From: Balanoglossus misakiensis
Lineage: Eukaryota; Animalia; Hemichordata
Length of the DNA stretch: 64,000 nucleotides
Assembly (NCBI GenBank): GCA_040954595.2
Contig: JBECUI020000031.1
Coordinates: forward strand, 235,417-299,416
Direction of reading: 5' to 3'
Made by a program: the position numbers and the translations under genes. A model generated the notes under the pieces. It made no database searches and was not told the origin of the DNA. It saw nothing but the letters and a program-made list of their open reading frames with translations. This document shows positions 10,696 to 21,500 of this stretch, piece by piece (the first letter of the stretch is position 1; every line of letters starts with the position of its first letter).

Positions 10696-11805
10696 ATGAA
10701 CAGCAGAGAACGTGTATTACGTGCCTTCGCTCTTATCGAAGGCCTTCCTGACCGGCCACCGCTTCAGTTTGATCTGTGCCGGAGCCTCACCGAGGAATTT
10801 GGCCGAAGGCTGGGTATCAAGCCCGATTATTCCCCTTCTTACTACGAGGACTTGACTTACCGGATTTCAGCAAACGAGATTCGAACAAGCATGGGCAGCG
10901 ATTGTATTGTTGTGGGGGCTACAACCCGGAAGAACTGGAAGCCCACTCTGATTCAGGGCAACATCTCCTTGAATGAATTTGACATGGGAATGAAGCCTGG
11001 TCCCCTCCATGCAGAGGTTGTACGTTATCCTTTAGCACACATTAAATCCGTCGAGGAGGTGGAGGCCTATGCCTTCCCCGATCCCAAGGCTCCCGGCCGC
11101 TTTGACAAAGCCGAGAGAGATATCAAGCGCTTTGCTAAGACCCATTTTGTTATTGGCGATGTGGAACTCAGCCTCTTTGAAATGGCCTGGCATATTTCTG
11201 GATTGCCCAAATACCTTAACGCTCTGGAAAAAAAAGAGCCCTGGGTCGAAGCTCTCAACGACAAGGTGGAGACCTGGTCTACTTCTCTTGCCCTATCCCT
11301 GGCGGACCGGGGGGCCGATGCCATCTGGTTCGGAGAAGACCTGGGAAATCAAACATCAACACTGATCTCCCCAAGCATGTGGAAGGAGCGCTTCAAGGAA
11401 CGCCATCGCCGAATAATTGCCAGACTCAAGAGAAGACATCCCAAAGTCCTAGTGATTATGCACTCCGATGGTGCGGCTAGGCCCTTGATTGATGACTTTA
11501 TTGAAATTGGCGTTGACGTTTATAATCCCCTCCAGCCCCACCAACCCTGGTCAGACCCACAAAAGCTTCAAGACAGCCATGGGCATAGGATTCGCTTTTT
11601 TGGAGGTATTGATCAGAAGAATTTGATGCCCCAGGGCGACATCAATGCCCTGAATACAGAAATTCAAAGTCTGGCATCGATCCTGGGAAAAAAGGGCAAC
11701 TACCTCATGGCGCCGGCCCATATTGTGCAGGCTGATGTGGAACCAGAAACCGTGGAGGCAATAATTCAAAGCGTAAAGAATTTGGATCAAGCCCCATTGA
11801 AATAG
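10696..11805 (+). CDS. Uroporphyrinogen decarboxylase / MtaA-CmuA-family TIM-barrel protein
   Basis: MNSRERV...PDRPP, FGEDLG.Q, HSDG, NPLQP, FFGGID, PAHIVQAD. Confidence 0.85.
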   Translation: MNSRERVLRAFALIEGLPDRPPLQFDLCRSLTEEFGRRLGIKPDYSPSYYEDLTYRISANEIRTSMGSDCIVVGATTRKNWKPTLIQGNISLNEFDMGMKPGPLHAEVVRYPLAHIKSVEEVEAYAFPDPKAPGRFDKAERDIKRFAKTHFVIGDVELSLFEMAWHISGLPKYLNALEKKEPWVEALNDKVETWSTSLALSLADRGADAIWFGEDLGNQTSTLISPSMWKERFKERHRRIIARLKRRHPKVLVIMHSDGAARPLIDDFIEIGVDVYNPLQPHQPWSDPQKLQDSHGHRIRFFGGIDQKNLMPQGDINALNTEIQSLASILGKKGNYLMAPAHIVQADVEPETVEAIIQSVKNLDQAPLK

Positions 11806-12120
11806 AACTGAAGACAAAACTATCCTAAGTCTTTCTTAAAGCACAGGATGATAATATAATGTTATGAGCCTTGTCGTAATTAATCGGCAACAAACCACGA
11901 AAAGTTTCGTCTTGAGTCCCCCTGGGAAAGACAGCGATCCAATCCCTTCTCTATACGAAGCCCACTCCAGGAAATTTATTTAGAGACTGGGACTTCTCCT
12001 CCTTACTGCTTTTATCAGGTTTGAGGTAAAAAAGTTCAGACTGCTGCAATGAGGGAACAGGGAAAAACTTCAATCAAATAAGATAGATGGCACAGGAGTT
12101 GTGGAGGGACAAAGCCTCAT

Positions 12121-12162
12121 CCCCAAAAACAGCGGAGCATTAAGGCCCCGCTGTTTTTGGGG
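12121..12162 (-). terminator. Intrinsic terminator-like hairpin of the BspA-type gene
   Basis: 15-bp stem CCCCAAAAACAGCGG / CCGCTGTTTTTGGGG immediately after the stop codon. Confidence 0.75.
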
Positions 12163-12167
12163 AATCT

Positions 12168-15167
12168 TTACGGTACCGTTATAGAAAACTGCACAATTGG
12201 GTTGTCTGGCGAGCTGAAATCGGCACTTGTTGTTTGTATCGTTATGGTATAGTTACCAGCCAAAGTACTGTTCTTGACTTGCAAGGTCGTTCCATCGGTA
12301 ATGCTGAACTTATCGTTGTCGATTGTAGCATCTACTGGTAGACTGTACGGCAGATTTTCCAGATGTCCTGCAAGGATGCTGTTCTGTGCTGTAATGGCTA
12401 GTGGACTGTCTACTGAGATGCTTCTCTGCGGTGGTAATGTAATATACCATCGTCCGAGGTCCTGAGCGAGACTGTCTGCCCCATCGAACATCTCACTCAT
12501 ATTAATTACCTTGGAGGTGTCCCAGTTGTTCAAGCTCTGATTAAAGGTAAGTGCCCCATAGAACATCCGATGCATATCAGTTACATTGGAGGTGTTCCAG
12601 CCGTTCAACTCCTGATTAAAGACGATTGCAAACAAGAACATCTGAGCCATATCAGTTACATTGGTGGTGTTCCAGTCGTTCAGCTCCTGATTAAAGGCTC
12701 TTGCCCCATAGAACATCTCCCCCATATCGGTTACCTTTGACGTATCCCAGCGACTGATTACTCCATTGAAGACTCTTGCATTTAGGAACATCTTACTCAT
12801 ATTGGTTACATTGGAGGTTACCCAGTTGTTCAAGTCCTGATTAAAGTTAGCTGCCCCATCAAACATGTAGCTCATATCGGTTACATTTGACGTATCCCAG
12901 TCACCGATTTCTCCATTGAAGGCATTTGCCTCAGCGAACATCCGATACATATTGGTTACATTGGTGGTGTTCCAGTTGTTCAAGTTCTGATTAAAGGCTC
13001 TTGCCCCATAGAACATCTCCTTCATATCGGTTACATTTGACGTATCCCAGCCACCGATTTCTCCATCGAAGGCACTTGCCGCAGTGAACATCCGACGCAT
13101 CTTAGTTACATTAACGGTGTTCCAGTTGTTCAAGTCCTGATTAAAGTTAGCTGCCCCATCAAACATGTAGCTCATATCGGTTACATTTGACGTATCCCAG
13201 TTACCGATTTCTCCATTGAAGCTGCTTGCAGAGGCAAACATGGAATCCATACTGGTTACTCTTGAGAGATCAGGAATGTCGGTTGCTGCCATCGTCACGT
13301 TGGGGGCAAGGGCAAATGCCCTGCTCATATCAGTCCATTGTACTGTGCCCCACTGATCAATGGACTTAAGGCGTGCTGCTATTTCTGCTTCTGCATCTCC
13401 CACCCGTATCCGCTGGAAACTATCACTTATTGTAACTGTGTATTCTCCTGCTTCTGCATAGGTATGGCTTGCTGTGCCAGAAAGTGTTCCTGTCGTTCCA
13501 TCGCCCCAGTCTATATCATAGATTGCTGTACTGCCTCCCACGGGAATCTCCACGCTTTGATAGGCTGCTGTTGTTTCCCATCGTGTTATAAAGGACGACG
13601 GGGGGGGGACAAACTTAGTCAATACAACACTTCCAACGGCATAGTTACCATTGCTTGGACTTGCCGTTACAGTAACCGTTTGTTCTACCCCAGCTTGTGC
13701 ATCTGAAGCTATAGAGATTGTCCCACTTGTTTCATCAATGCTCCACCCGGTTGGTATCGGAGCCATCGCATAACTCAACCCCGCCTCCTGCGGTGCAGCA
13801 GTAGCTGGTGCATAACTTGCTCCCCTGATAAAAACTTCTTCCACATAGACCAGATACTCTTCTATTGCCTTCTGACTGACCGTTATGGCTATCTCATGCC
13901 TTGCCGTACTCGTGTAGCCAGCGGCACTTGCTGTTATGATCAGGGTATAGGTTCCTGCTGAGGTCGTGTCATCAATAGTTATGGCTCCATCGATTCCCAC
14001 GGTAATGCCCACTACAGTGCCCAAACTTGTGTAGGTCAACGACAATTCTGCTGATGGTAGATTGCTCGGTGCAGGAATAAGCGAACCGCTTCCTCCATAG
14101 GGAATAGTAAGGCTATCCTCATCATACAGAACCACATTGCTTAATCCCGAAACTGTAACCGTTATCGATGCCGCATTGCTCGGGTCTGCTCCTGATCTTG
14201 CCGTTATTGTGGCACTTCCATCTGCTACTGCCTCAACCCTGCCATCTATTACTTCTACAACGGTATTATCACTGCTTACCCAGCTTACTGAGGTATCCTC
14301 TACGTTGCCCCAGAGGCTTTCTGGGACACTCAGCGTCCGGGTATCTCCGATTGCAAGAGTCAGTTCGCTGATGGCTCCACTCGTATCATGGATCTCTAAG
14401 GGCCGAATTCCATTGGCAGAAAATGGCCCTGCTTCTGTCCAGTCACTGACCATGTTGGCATCAAAGGTGCTAATGGCTTGTATGCGAATGTAGTACTCCC
14501 CTGCCTCCAAGCCAGTGAGTGTAATGGTGGGCAGATCTACGGCTTCCAACTTTGTCCAATTGCTCTCTGTAGAAAGGCGATACTCTACCATGTAGGTACT
14601 ATCAACCAAGTTTCCCTCGGCATTCTTTCCCTGGACAGCAAGCCAGGTGAGCTTCAGAGAACCGAATCCTTGCTCGGTTTCATCCTTGGCAATTGTTTGT
14701 TCATCTACGGCTGGTGGTGCCACTCCCGGTGGAGCAGTCGTAGTACCATTGGCAGAAAATGGCCCTGCTTCTGTCCAGTCACTGACCATGTTGGCATCAA
14801 AGGTGCTGATGGCTTGTATGCGAATGTAGTACTCCCCTGCCTCCAAGCCAGTGAGTGTAATGGTGGGCAGATCTACGGCTTCCAACTTTGTCCAATTGCT
14901 CTCTGTAGAAAGGCGATACTCTACCATGTAGGTACTATCAACCAAGTTTCCCTCGGCATTCTTTCCCTGGACAGCAAGCCAGGTGAGTTTCAGAGTGCCG
15001 ATTCCTTGCTCGGTTTCATCCTTGGCAATTGTTTGTTCATCTACGGCTGGTGGTGCCACTCCCAGTGAAACAGTCGTAGTACCAGCACTATCACAAGAAA
15101 ACACCAAGGCAAATACAATAAGAAGAAATGTTGTGCTAATAAAAACTGAACGCATCATGGCCTCCAA
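12168..15167 (-). CDS. Surface lipoprotein: two Fn3-like domains, Ig-like (Big_2), PKD-like domain, DUF285/BspA-type repeats
   Basis: Lipobox ...ALVFS|C; duplicated 112-aa domain; WVSSDNTVVEV (Big_2); YDIDWGDG (PKD); about 10 repeats of W(D/N)TSNVTDMxxMF. Confidence 0.88.
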   Translation of the reverse strand: MEAMMRSVFISTTFLLIVFALVFSCDSAGTTTVSLGVAPPAVDEQTIAKDETEQGIGTLKLTWLAVQGKNAEGNLVDSTYMVEYRLSTESNWTKLEAVDLPTITLTGLEAGEYYIRIQAISTFDANMVSDWTEAGPFSANGTTTAPPGVAPPAVDEQTIAKDETEQGFGSLKLTWLAVQGKNAEGNLVDSTYMVEYRLSTESNWTKLEAVDLPTITLTGLEAGEYYIRIQAISTFDANMVSDWTEAGPFSANGIRPLEIHDTSGAISELTLAIGDTRTLSVPESLWGNVEDTSVSWVSSDNTVVEVIDGRVEAVADGSATITARSGADPSNAASITVTVSGLSNVVLYDEDSLTIPYGGSGSLIPAPSNLPSAELSLTYTSLGTVVGITVGIDGAITIDDTTSAGTYTLIITASAAGYTSTARHEIAITVSQKAIEEYLVYVEEVFIRGASYAPATAAPQEAGLSYAMAPIPTGWSIDETSGTISIASDAQAGVEQTVTVTASPSNGNYAVGSVVLTKFVPPPSSFITRWETTAAYQSVEIPVGGSTAIYDIDWGDGTTGTLSGTASHTYAEAGEYTVTISDSFQRIRVGDAEAEIAARLKSIDQWGTVQWTDMSRAFALAPNVTMAATDIPDLSRVTSMDSMFASASSFNGEIGNWDTSNVTDMSYMFDGAANFNQDLNNWNTVNVTKMRRMFTAASAFDGEIGGWDTSNVTDMKEMFYGARAFNQNLNNWNTTNVTNMYRMFAEANAFNGEIGDWDTSNVTDMSYMFDGAANFNQDLNNWVTSNVTNMSKMFLNARVFNGVISRWDTSKVTDMGEMFYGARAFNQELNDWNTTNVTDMAQMFLFAIVFNQELNGWNTSNVTDMHRMFYGALTFNQSLNNWDTSKVINMSEMFDGADSLAQDLGRWYITLPPQRSISVDSPLAITAQNSILAGHLENLPYSLPVDATIDNDKFSITDGTTLQVKNSTLAGNYTITIQTTSADFSSPDNPIVQFSITVP
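12500..13265 (-). repeat. 75-bp (25-aa) DUF285 coding repeats, about 10 units
   Basis: Periodic CCCAG...ATATCGGTTACATT; an ~80-bp block recurs at ~12822 and ~13122 (4-unit period). Confidence 0.85.
14410..15063 (-). repeat. Recent intragenic duplication: two 318-bp copies, 336-bp period
   Basis: 14410-14727 vs 14746-15063 differ at only about 5 positions. Confidence 0.92.
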
Positions 15168-15312
15168 TGAGTTATAGGATTATAGCCTGATAATATGGTA
15201 TAAAAAGGATAATACGCAAAGGGAACAATGTCAAGAAAATGAAATAGATTACGCAGGAATTATTGATACCATATTTTGATGGGTGGGGGTTGTGAAGGGG
15301 CAAGGGTATATT

Positions 15313-15439
15313 CAGAAAACAGCGGAGCACTAGAGCCCGCTGTTTTCTGGGAATGTTTACTCTAGCGTTATAGGAAACTGCACAATCGGATTTCTTGGCC
15401 TGCTGAAATCGGTACTTGTTGTTTGTATCGTTATGGTAT
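15313..15439 (-). pseudogene. 3' remnant of a paralogous BspA-type gene with its terminator
   Basis: TITIQTTSTDFSRPRNPIVQFPITLE* vs TITIQTTSADFSSPDNPIVQFSITVP*; hairpin CAGAAAACAGCGG/CCGCTGTTTTCTG matches 12121-12162. Confidence 0.85.
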
Positions 15440-17546
15440 GCGGAGCTGATGCCTCGGCCAGCAATCCTCCCGCCCCAAACCCCCACTTTGGGCGGGCCTT
15501 GGGAAGCTTCCCAAAAAAGACCAAACTCCCCCATCTCACCCCCAGCCCCCTAGCCATCCCGCCTTCCAAGCCCCCAGGTCAGACCTTTACTACCAAACCA
15601 TAGTTCTCATAAAACAGAAAATAATCTTAAGAAAACTGGGATTCCCCTCTAAATCACCATAGGCTTTTATAGCGTAGTGGCGTTATTCAATAATAACTTC
15701 TCAATCAAAAAGTCTTAGACTAGTGTATCCATGATACTTTTAGCTCCACATGCCTAGAGTCCCGTAAAGGGAAGTGACTTTACTGTCTTTTAATGCCCTA
15801 ACGACACCACTTCCTGCTTTTCCAACCGTCGCCTTCTCTGTCTGGTTCAGAGGCTTTAGACCACTCATCAGATTGGCCATGGGGGAGCTTGATTAATCGC
15901 TGCTGCAGTGTTCAGAAAAGAACATAGGAGGAAGCCGCTTAATTTCCTTATGCAAGCATTCCTGCGGATTCCCACCTGAGAATTGCCATCAATGATCTCA
16001 GGTGGAAGTCCATGAATGGCTGCTAGCCAAACTTCGGTTGAGTCCATGAGATCCAACCCTTGCAGAAAGCGGACTTTTAATGCTAGAAACCATCTGCTGA
16101 AGCTTCTTCAACCACCTAGCCATGAAGGTTCTGCATGAAGCGCAGTCCAGCGGGGGTATCAGGGTTCTTGAAACGGACACCCTAGGCTCCCACAGCAATG
16201 CCTGCAACACCACAAGAAGGGCTTGGGAGAGCACATTGACCTTCTCCCTGGAAATTTTACGCTGCCTCCAAGAAGAGCCAGGTTCAATCATTAATAGGAA
16301 AATATCAGGGAATGCGTGGAACTGCTCATCCCCTTCGCCACAGAGCCGGGACTCCTGGATCCTGGAGATAGCAGTCATGCTTCATCGACTGGCGACCCTG
16401 CAAGTGCCTTAGCCCTTATGCCAAGGGGGATCACTCCGGCAGGGCATGAAGAGCCACAGATCCGACCCCATGCTTCGCATGTAGTATCGATCCCTGCCTT
16501 ACCCTTTCTGCCTATCGTGCTCTCTTCTTTGCTGGGTACACAGCATACCGAAGAAGCTCATTGGGATGTTTATTTCCACCGAATTTTATGCTACTTTATG
16601 AAAATCTACTCAACCGCAAATGCAGGAAGCAGCTATTTTTCTATCTGGGTACCATCAAGGTCCAAAAGAAATAGCACAGGCAACAAGAGAGTGAGGTCAC
16701 ATCTATTCATGCCATGCTAAGGCTAAAAAGGTATTGATAGATAATGGCAGGATAAATACAGATTGTCTGACACTCCCCCAGAAATATTTTTTTTTATAGA
16801 AAGACTTTACATCTTTCTTATCTTTTACAATCTTCACATCCTAAAAGAATTGAAAGCTCCGCTAACTTAAAAGTATTTCCTTAGCTTTCCTTATTTCTAT
16901 GTTTCACATGAGAAGTAAGGAATTAATTAAAACTTACAACCTAAAAAAGTTAACATATCTATTTTCATTCTCCTATGGTATCACACATATTTTGATAATT
17001 ATTTCATGTTTTTACAATGCTATATTTTGTTTGATATAAAAATAATTAAGAACTTCCATGAGTAAGTTTCTCAAAGTCGGCAGATTATGCATATACTTAT
17101 TAATGCTATGAGGTCTATCTTCATCAATACCAGAAATATTTCTAAAAATATCTATCAAAAAGGAATAAAATAAAGTTATTCTGAATGAAAACGATACAAT
17201 AAATCGAACATATTTACATCATTCAGATACATCATTAAGATGAGGTTTTTATTAAAAACAAAGCAGGGAATTACTTTAAGTGCTCTAACTCCGCATTTTA
17301 TCAATAGAATTTTGATGAATTTATTAATTTGTATAGATTTTATACAACTACAGAAAATTTTAGTTGACAACATTCCTATTACAGATTATGATAATTTTAT
17401 CGTAGATAAGATTGAGATAATTTTATTGTAGATTATGATGTTTTTTTGCTAAAAGGGCGAAAATATCAAATTTATTTTCCTAGAATACTTGGAAAGAGCC
17501 GAGATAGTTGAAAGGCTTAAAAGGGCTCGAAAGAAGAGATTAAAAA

Positions 17547-17900
17547 ATGAAAAAAAGAACCTTAGCCAGTTATACTGAGGCGGAACTGGAGCGTCTTTCC
17601 CGTGGAGAAAATTTAATCCCTGAAATGAACGAAAATTCAGAATGGAAACGAGGAAAACTCACAGTAAAATCCACCATTGTTTCTGGTGTTGATGACTACA
17701 ATGCAGCAAGTATAAAAAAGCTACGGAGTTCCCTTCACATTTCTCAAAATATTTTTGCACAACTTCTGGGTGTTTCTGTGAAATCCGTACATGCTTGGGA
17801 GCAGGGACGAGGTCGACCTTCTGGTTCAGTTCGTCGTTTATTTCAGCTTCTTGCAAAACGGGATGTTTTACTTTTGGAAATGATAGAATTAACTGGTTAG
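17547..17900 (+). CDS. XRE-family HTH protein, HigA-like antitoxin
   Basis: IKKLRSSLHISQNIFAQLLGVSVKSVHAWEQGRGRPSG. Confidence 0.85.
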   Translation: MKKRTLASYTEAELERLSRGENLIPEMNENSEWKRGKLTVKSTIVSGVDDYNAASIKKLRSSLHISQNIFAQLLGVSVKSVHAWEQGRGRPSGSVRRLFQLLAKRDVLLLEMIELTG

Positions 17901-18052
17901 AATTGTTTAGAAATCTTATTGGTTTTCAAGAGTAAATGCTGAACTTGCAGGTAGTGTTTAAAAAATTGCACAGATTCTAAAAAGGCATTGAAAAAAATGT
18001 CCTCCAATGTTGAAATGGAATCGAATGCAAAACCATTCACACGGAGGACAGA

Positions 18053-18506
18053 ATGAGGTCAGAAAAAGACCTCACGGGAAAGATCATACAGATCGATGAA
18101 GGTCTCCTACAGAGCAGCCAAATGGTTAACCGTATGAGGAAACCTTGAATGCCATGCTCAATGCGGAGGCAGATCTTTTACTGCAGGCTGAAAATACGAA
18201 CCTACGGATGCACGAAAAGATACTCGTGCCGGACATTACACCAGGAAGTTGGATATCACTGCTTTCAAGAGTAGGGACAGGTCGCGACCTGTCCCTACTT
18301 CGGTTGCGACCTGTCCCTACTTCGGCTTCAATTCGAAACAGCAATTATTGAGCGTTATAAACGCCGGAAAACTTCCGTTGAAGAAGCCTTAGCTGAAATG
18401 TATTTAGCCGGTGTTTCAGTGCGCCGAGTTAAAAATATTACCGAGGCCCTTTGGGGAAGCAAGGTAAAGACCTGGGACAATGAGCAATTTGAAACAGGAT
18501 CTCTTA
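18053..18506 (+). pseudogene. IS256 (mutator-type) transposase 5' part, frameshifted and interrupted by the palindrome
   Basis: GKIIQIDEG, EETLNAMLNAEADLL, RKDTRAGHYTRKLD, FETAIIERYKRR..SVEEALAEMYLAGVSVRRV.NITEALWGSKV. Confidence 0.88.
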
Positions 18507-21500
18507 GTAGGGACAGGTCGCGACCTTTCCCTACTAAGGCAGCGACCTGTCCCTACTTCGGCTTCCATTCGAAACTGCAATTATTGAGCGTTATAAACGC
18601 CGGGAAAACTTCCGTTGAAGGAAGCCTTAGCTGAAATGTATTTAGCTGGTGTTTCAGTGCGCCGAGTTAATGATATTACCGAGGCCCTTGGGGGAAGCAA
18701 GGTAAAGACCTGCGACAATGAGCAATTTGAAACAGGATCTCTTAGTAGGGACAGGTCGCGACCTGTCCCTACTTCGGCTTCAATTCGAAACTGCAATTAT
18801 TGAGCGTTATAAACGCCAGAAAACATTGTTGCAGAAACCTTAGTTGAAAGTATTTAGCTGGTGTTTCAGTGCGCCGAGTTAATGATATTACCAAGGCCCT
18901 TGGGGAAGCAAGGTAAAGACCTGCGACAATGAGCAATTTGAAACAGGATCTCTTAGTAGGGACAGGTCGCGACCTGTCCTACTTCGGCTTCAATTCGAAA
19001 CTGCAATTATTGAGCGTTATAAACGCCGGAAAACATCCGTTGAAGAAGCCTTAGCTGAAATGTATTTAGCTGGTGTTTCAGTGCGCCGAGTTAATGATAT
19101 TACCAAGGCCCTTGGGGGAAGCAAGGTAAAGACCTGCGACAATGAGCAATTTGAAACAGGATCTCTTAGTAGGGACAGGTCGCGACCTGTCCTACTTCGG
19201 CTTCAATTCGAAACTGCAATTATTGAGCGTTATAAACGCCGGAAAACATCCGTTGAAGAAGCCTTAGCTGAAATGTATTTAGCTGGTGTTTCAGTGCGCC
19301 GAGTTAATGATATTACCGAGGCCCTTGGGGGAAGCAAGGTAAAGACCTGCGACAATGAGCAATTTGAAACAGGATCTCTTAGTAGGGACCTGTCTACTAA
19401 GGCTTCCATTCAAACAGCAATTATTGAGCGTTATAAACGCCAGAAAACATTGTTGCAGAAACCTTAGTGAAAGTATTTAGCTGGTGTTTCAGTGCGCCGA
19501 GTTAATGATATTACCAAGGCCCTTGGGGGAAGCAAGGTAAAGACCTGCGACAATGAGCAATTTGAAACAGGATCTCTTAGTAGGGACAGGTCGCGACCTG
19601 TCCTACTTCGGCTTCAATTCGAAACTGCAATTATTGAGCGTTATAAACGCCGGAAAACATCCGTTGAAGAAGCCTTAGCTGAAATGTATTTAGCTGGTGT
19701 TTCAGTGCGCCGAGTTAATGATATTACCGAGGCCCTTGGGGGAAGCAAGGTAAAGACCTGCGACAATGAGCAATTTGAAACAGGATCTCTTAGTAGGGAC
19801 AGGTCGCGACCTGTCCCTACTAAGGCAGCGACCTGTCCTACTAAGGCTTCCATTCAAACAGCAATTATTGAGCGTTATAAACGCCGGAAAACATCCGTTG
19901 AAGAAGCCTTAGTTGAAATGTATTAGCTGGTGTTTCAGTGCGCCGAGTTAATGATATTACCGAGGCCCTTGGGGGAAGCAAGGTAAAGACCTGCGACAAT
20001 GAGCAATTTGAAACAGGATCTCTTAGTAGGGACAGGTCGCGACCTGTCCCTACTAAGGCTTCCATTCGAAACTGCAATTATTGAGCGTTATAAACGCCGG
20101 AAAACATCCGTTGAAGAAGCCTTAGCTGAAATGTATTTAGCTGGTGTTTCAGTGCGCCGAGTTAATGATATTACCGAGGCCCTTGGGGGAAGCAAGGTAA
20201 AGACCTGCGACAATGAGCAATTTGAAACAGGATCTCTTAGTAGGGACAGGTCGCGACCTGTCCCTACTAAGGCTTCCATTCGAAACTGCAATTATTGAGC
20301 GTTATAAACGCCAGGAGACATCCGTTGAAGAAACCTTAGTTGAAATGTATTTAGCTGGTGTTTCAGTGCGCCGTGTTAAAAATATTACGAGGCCCTTTGG
20401 GGAAGCAAGGTAAAGACCTGCGACAATGAGCAATTTGAAACAGGATCTCTTAGTAGGGACAGGTCGCGACCTGTCCCTACTTCGGCTTCCATTCGAAACA
20501 GAAATTATTGAGCGTTATAAACGCCGGGAAACTTCCGTTGAAGAAGCCTTAGCTGAAATGTATTTAGCTGGTGTTTCAGTGCGCCGTGTTAACGATATTA
20601 CCGAGGCCCTTTGGGGAAGCAAGGTAAAGACCTGGGACAATGAGCAATTGAAACAGGATCTCTTAGTAGGGACAGGTCGCGACCTGTCCCTACTTCGGTC
20701 GCGACCTGTCCCTACTAAGGCTTCCATTCGAAACTGCAATTATTGAGCGTTATAAACGCCGGGAAAACTTCCGTTGAAGAAGCCTTAGCTGAAATGTATT
20801 TAGCTGTGTTTCAGTGCGCCGAGTTAAAAATATTACCGAGGCCCTTGGGGGAAGCAAGGTAAAGACCTGGGACAATAAGCAATTTGAAACAGGATCTCTT
20901 AGTAGGGACAGGTCGCGACCTGTCCCTACTAAGGCAGCGACCTGTCCTACTAAGGCTTCCATTCAAACAGCATTATTGAGCGTTATAAACGCCCGGAAAA
21001 CTTCCGTTGCAGAAGCCTTAGTTGAAATGTATTTAGCTGGTGTTTCAGTGCGCCGAGTTAAAAATATTACCGAGGCCCTTGGGGGAAGCAAGGTAAAGAC
21101 CTGGGACAATAAGCAATTTGAAACAGGATCTCTTAGTAGGGACAGGTCGCGACCTGTCCCTACTAAGGCAGCGACCTGTCCTACTAAGGCTTCCATTCAA
21201 ACAGCAATTATTGAGCGTTATAAACGCCGGAAAACATCCGTTGAAGAAGCCTTAGTTGAAATGTATTTAGCTGGTGTTTCAGTGCGCCGAGTTAATGATA
21301 TTACCAAGGCCCTTTGGGGAAGCAAGGTAAAGACCTGGGACAATAAGCAATTTGAAACAGGATCTCTTAGTAGGGACAGGTCGCGACCTGTCCCTACTAA
21401 GGCTTCCATTCGAAACTGCAATTATTGAGCGTTATAAACGCCAGGAGACATCCGTTGAAGAAACCTTAGTTGAAATGTATTTAGCTGGTGTTTCAGTGCG

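Noticed and set aside
12168-15439. DGR template/variable repeat pair at the lipoprotein C-terminus
   Set aside because: Mismatches are not confined to adenines on either strand, the terminator is duplicated as well, and there is no reverse transcriptase in the window.
15700-16720. Possible decayed gene or mobile element (several 60-130-aa ORFs)
   Set aside because: I recognised no motif, terminal repeat or RBS-supported start; this needs tBLASTx.
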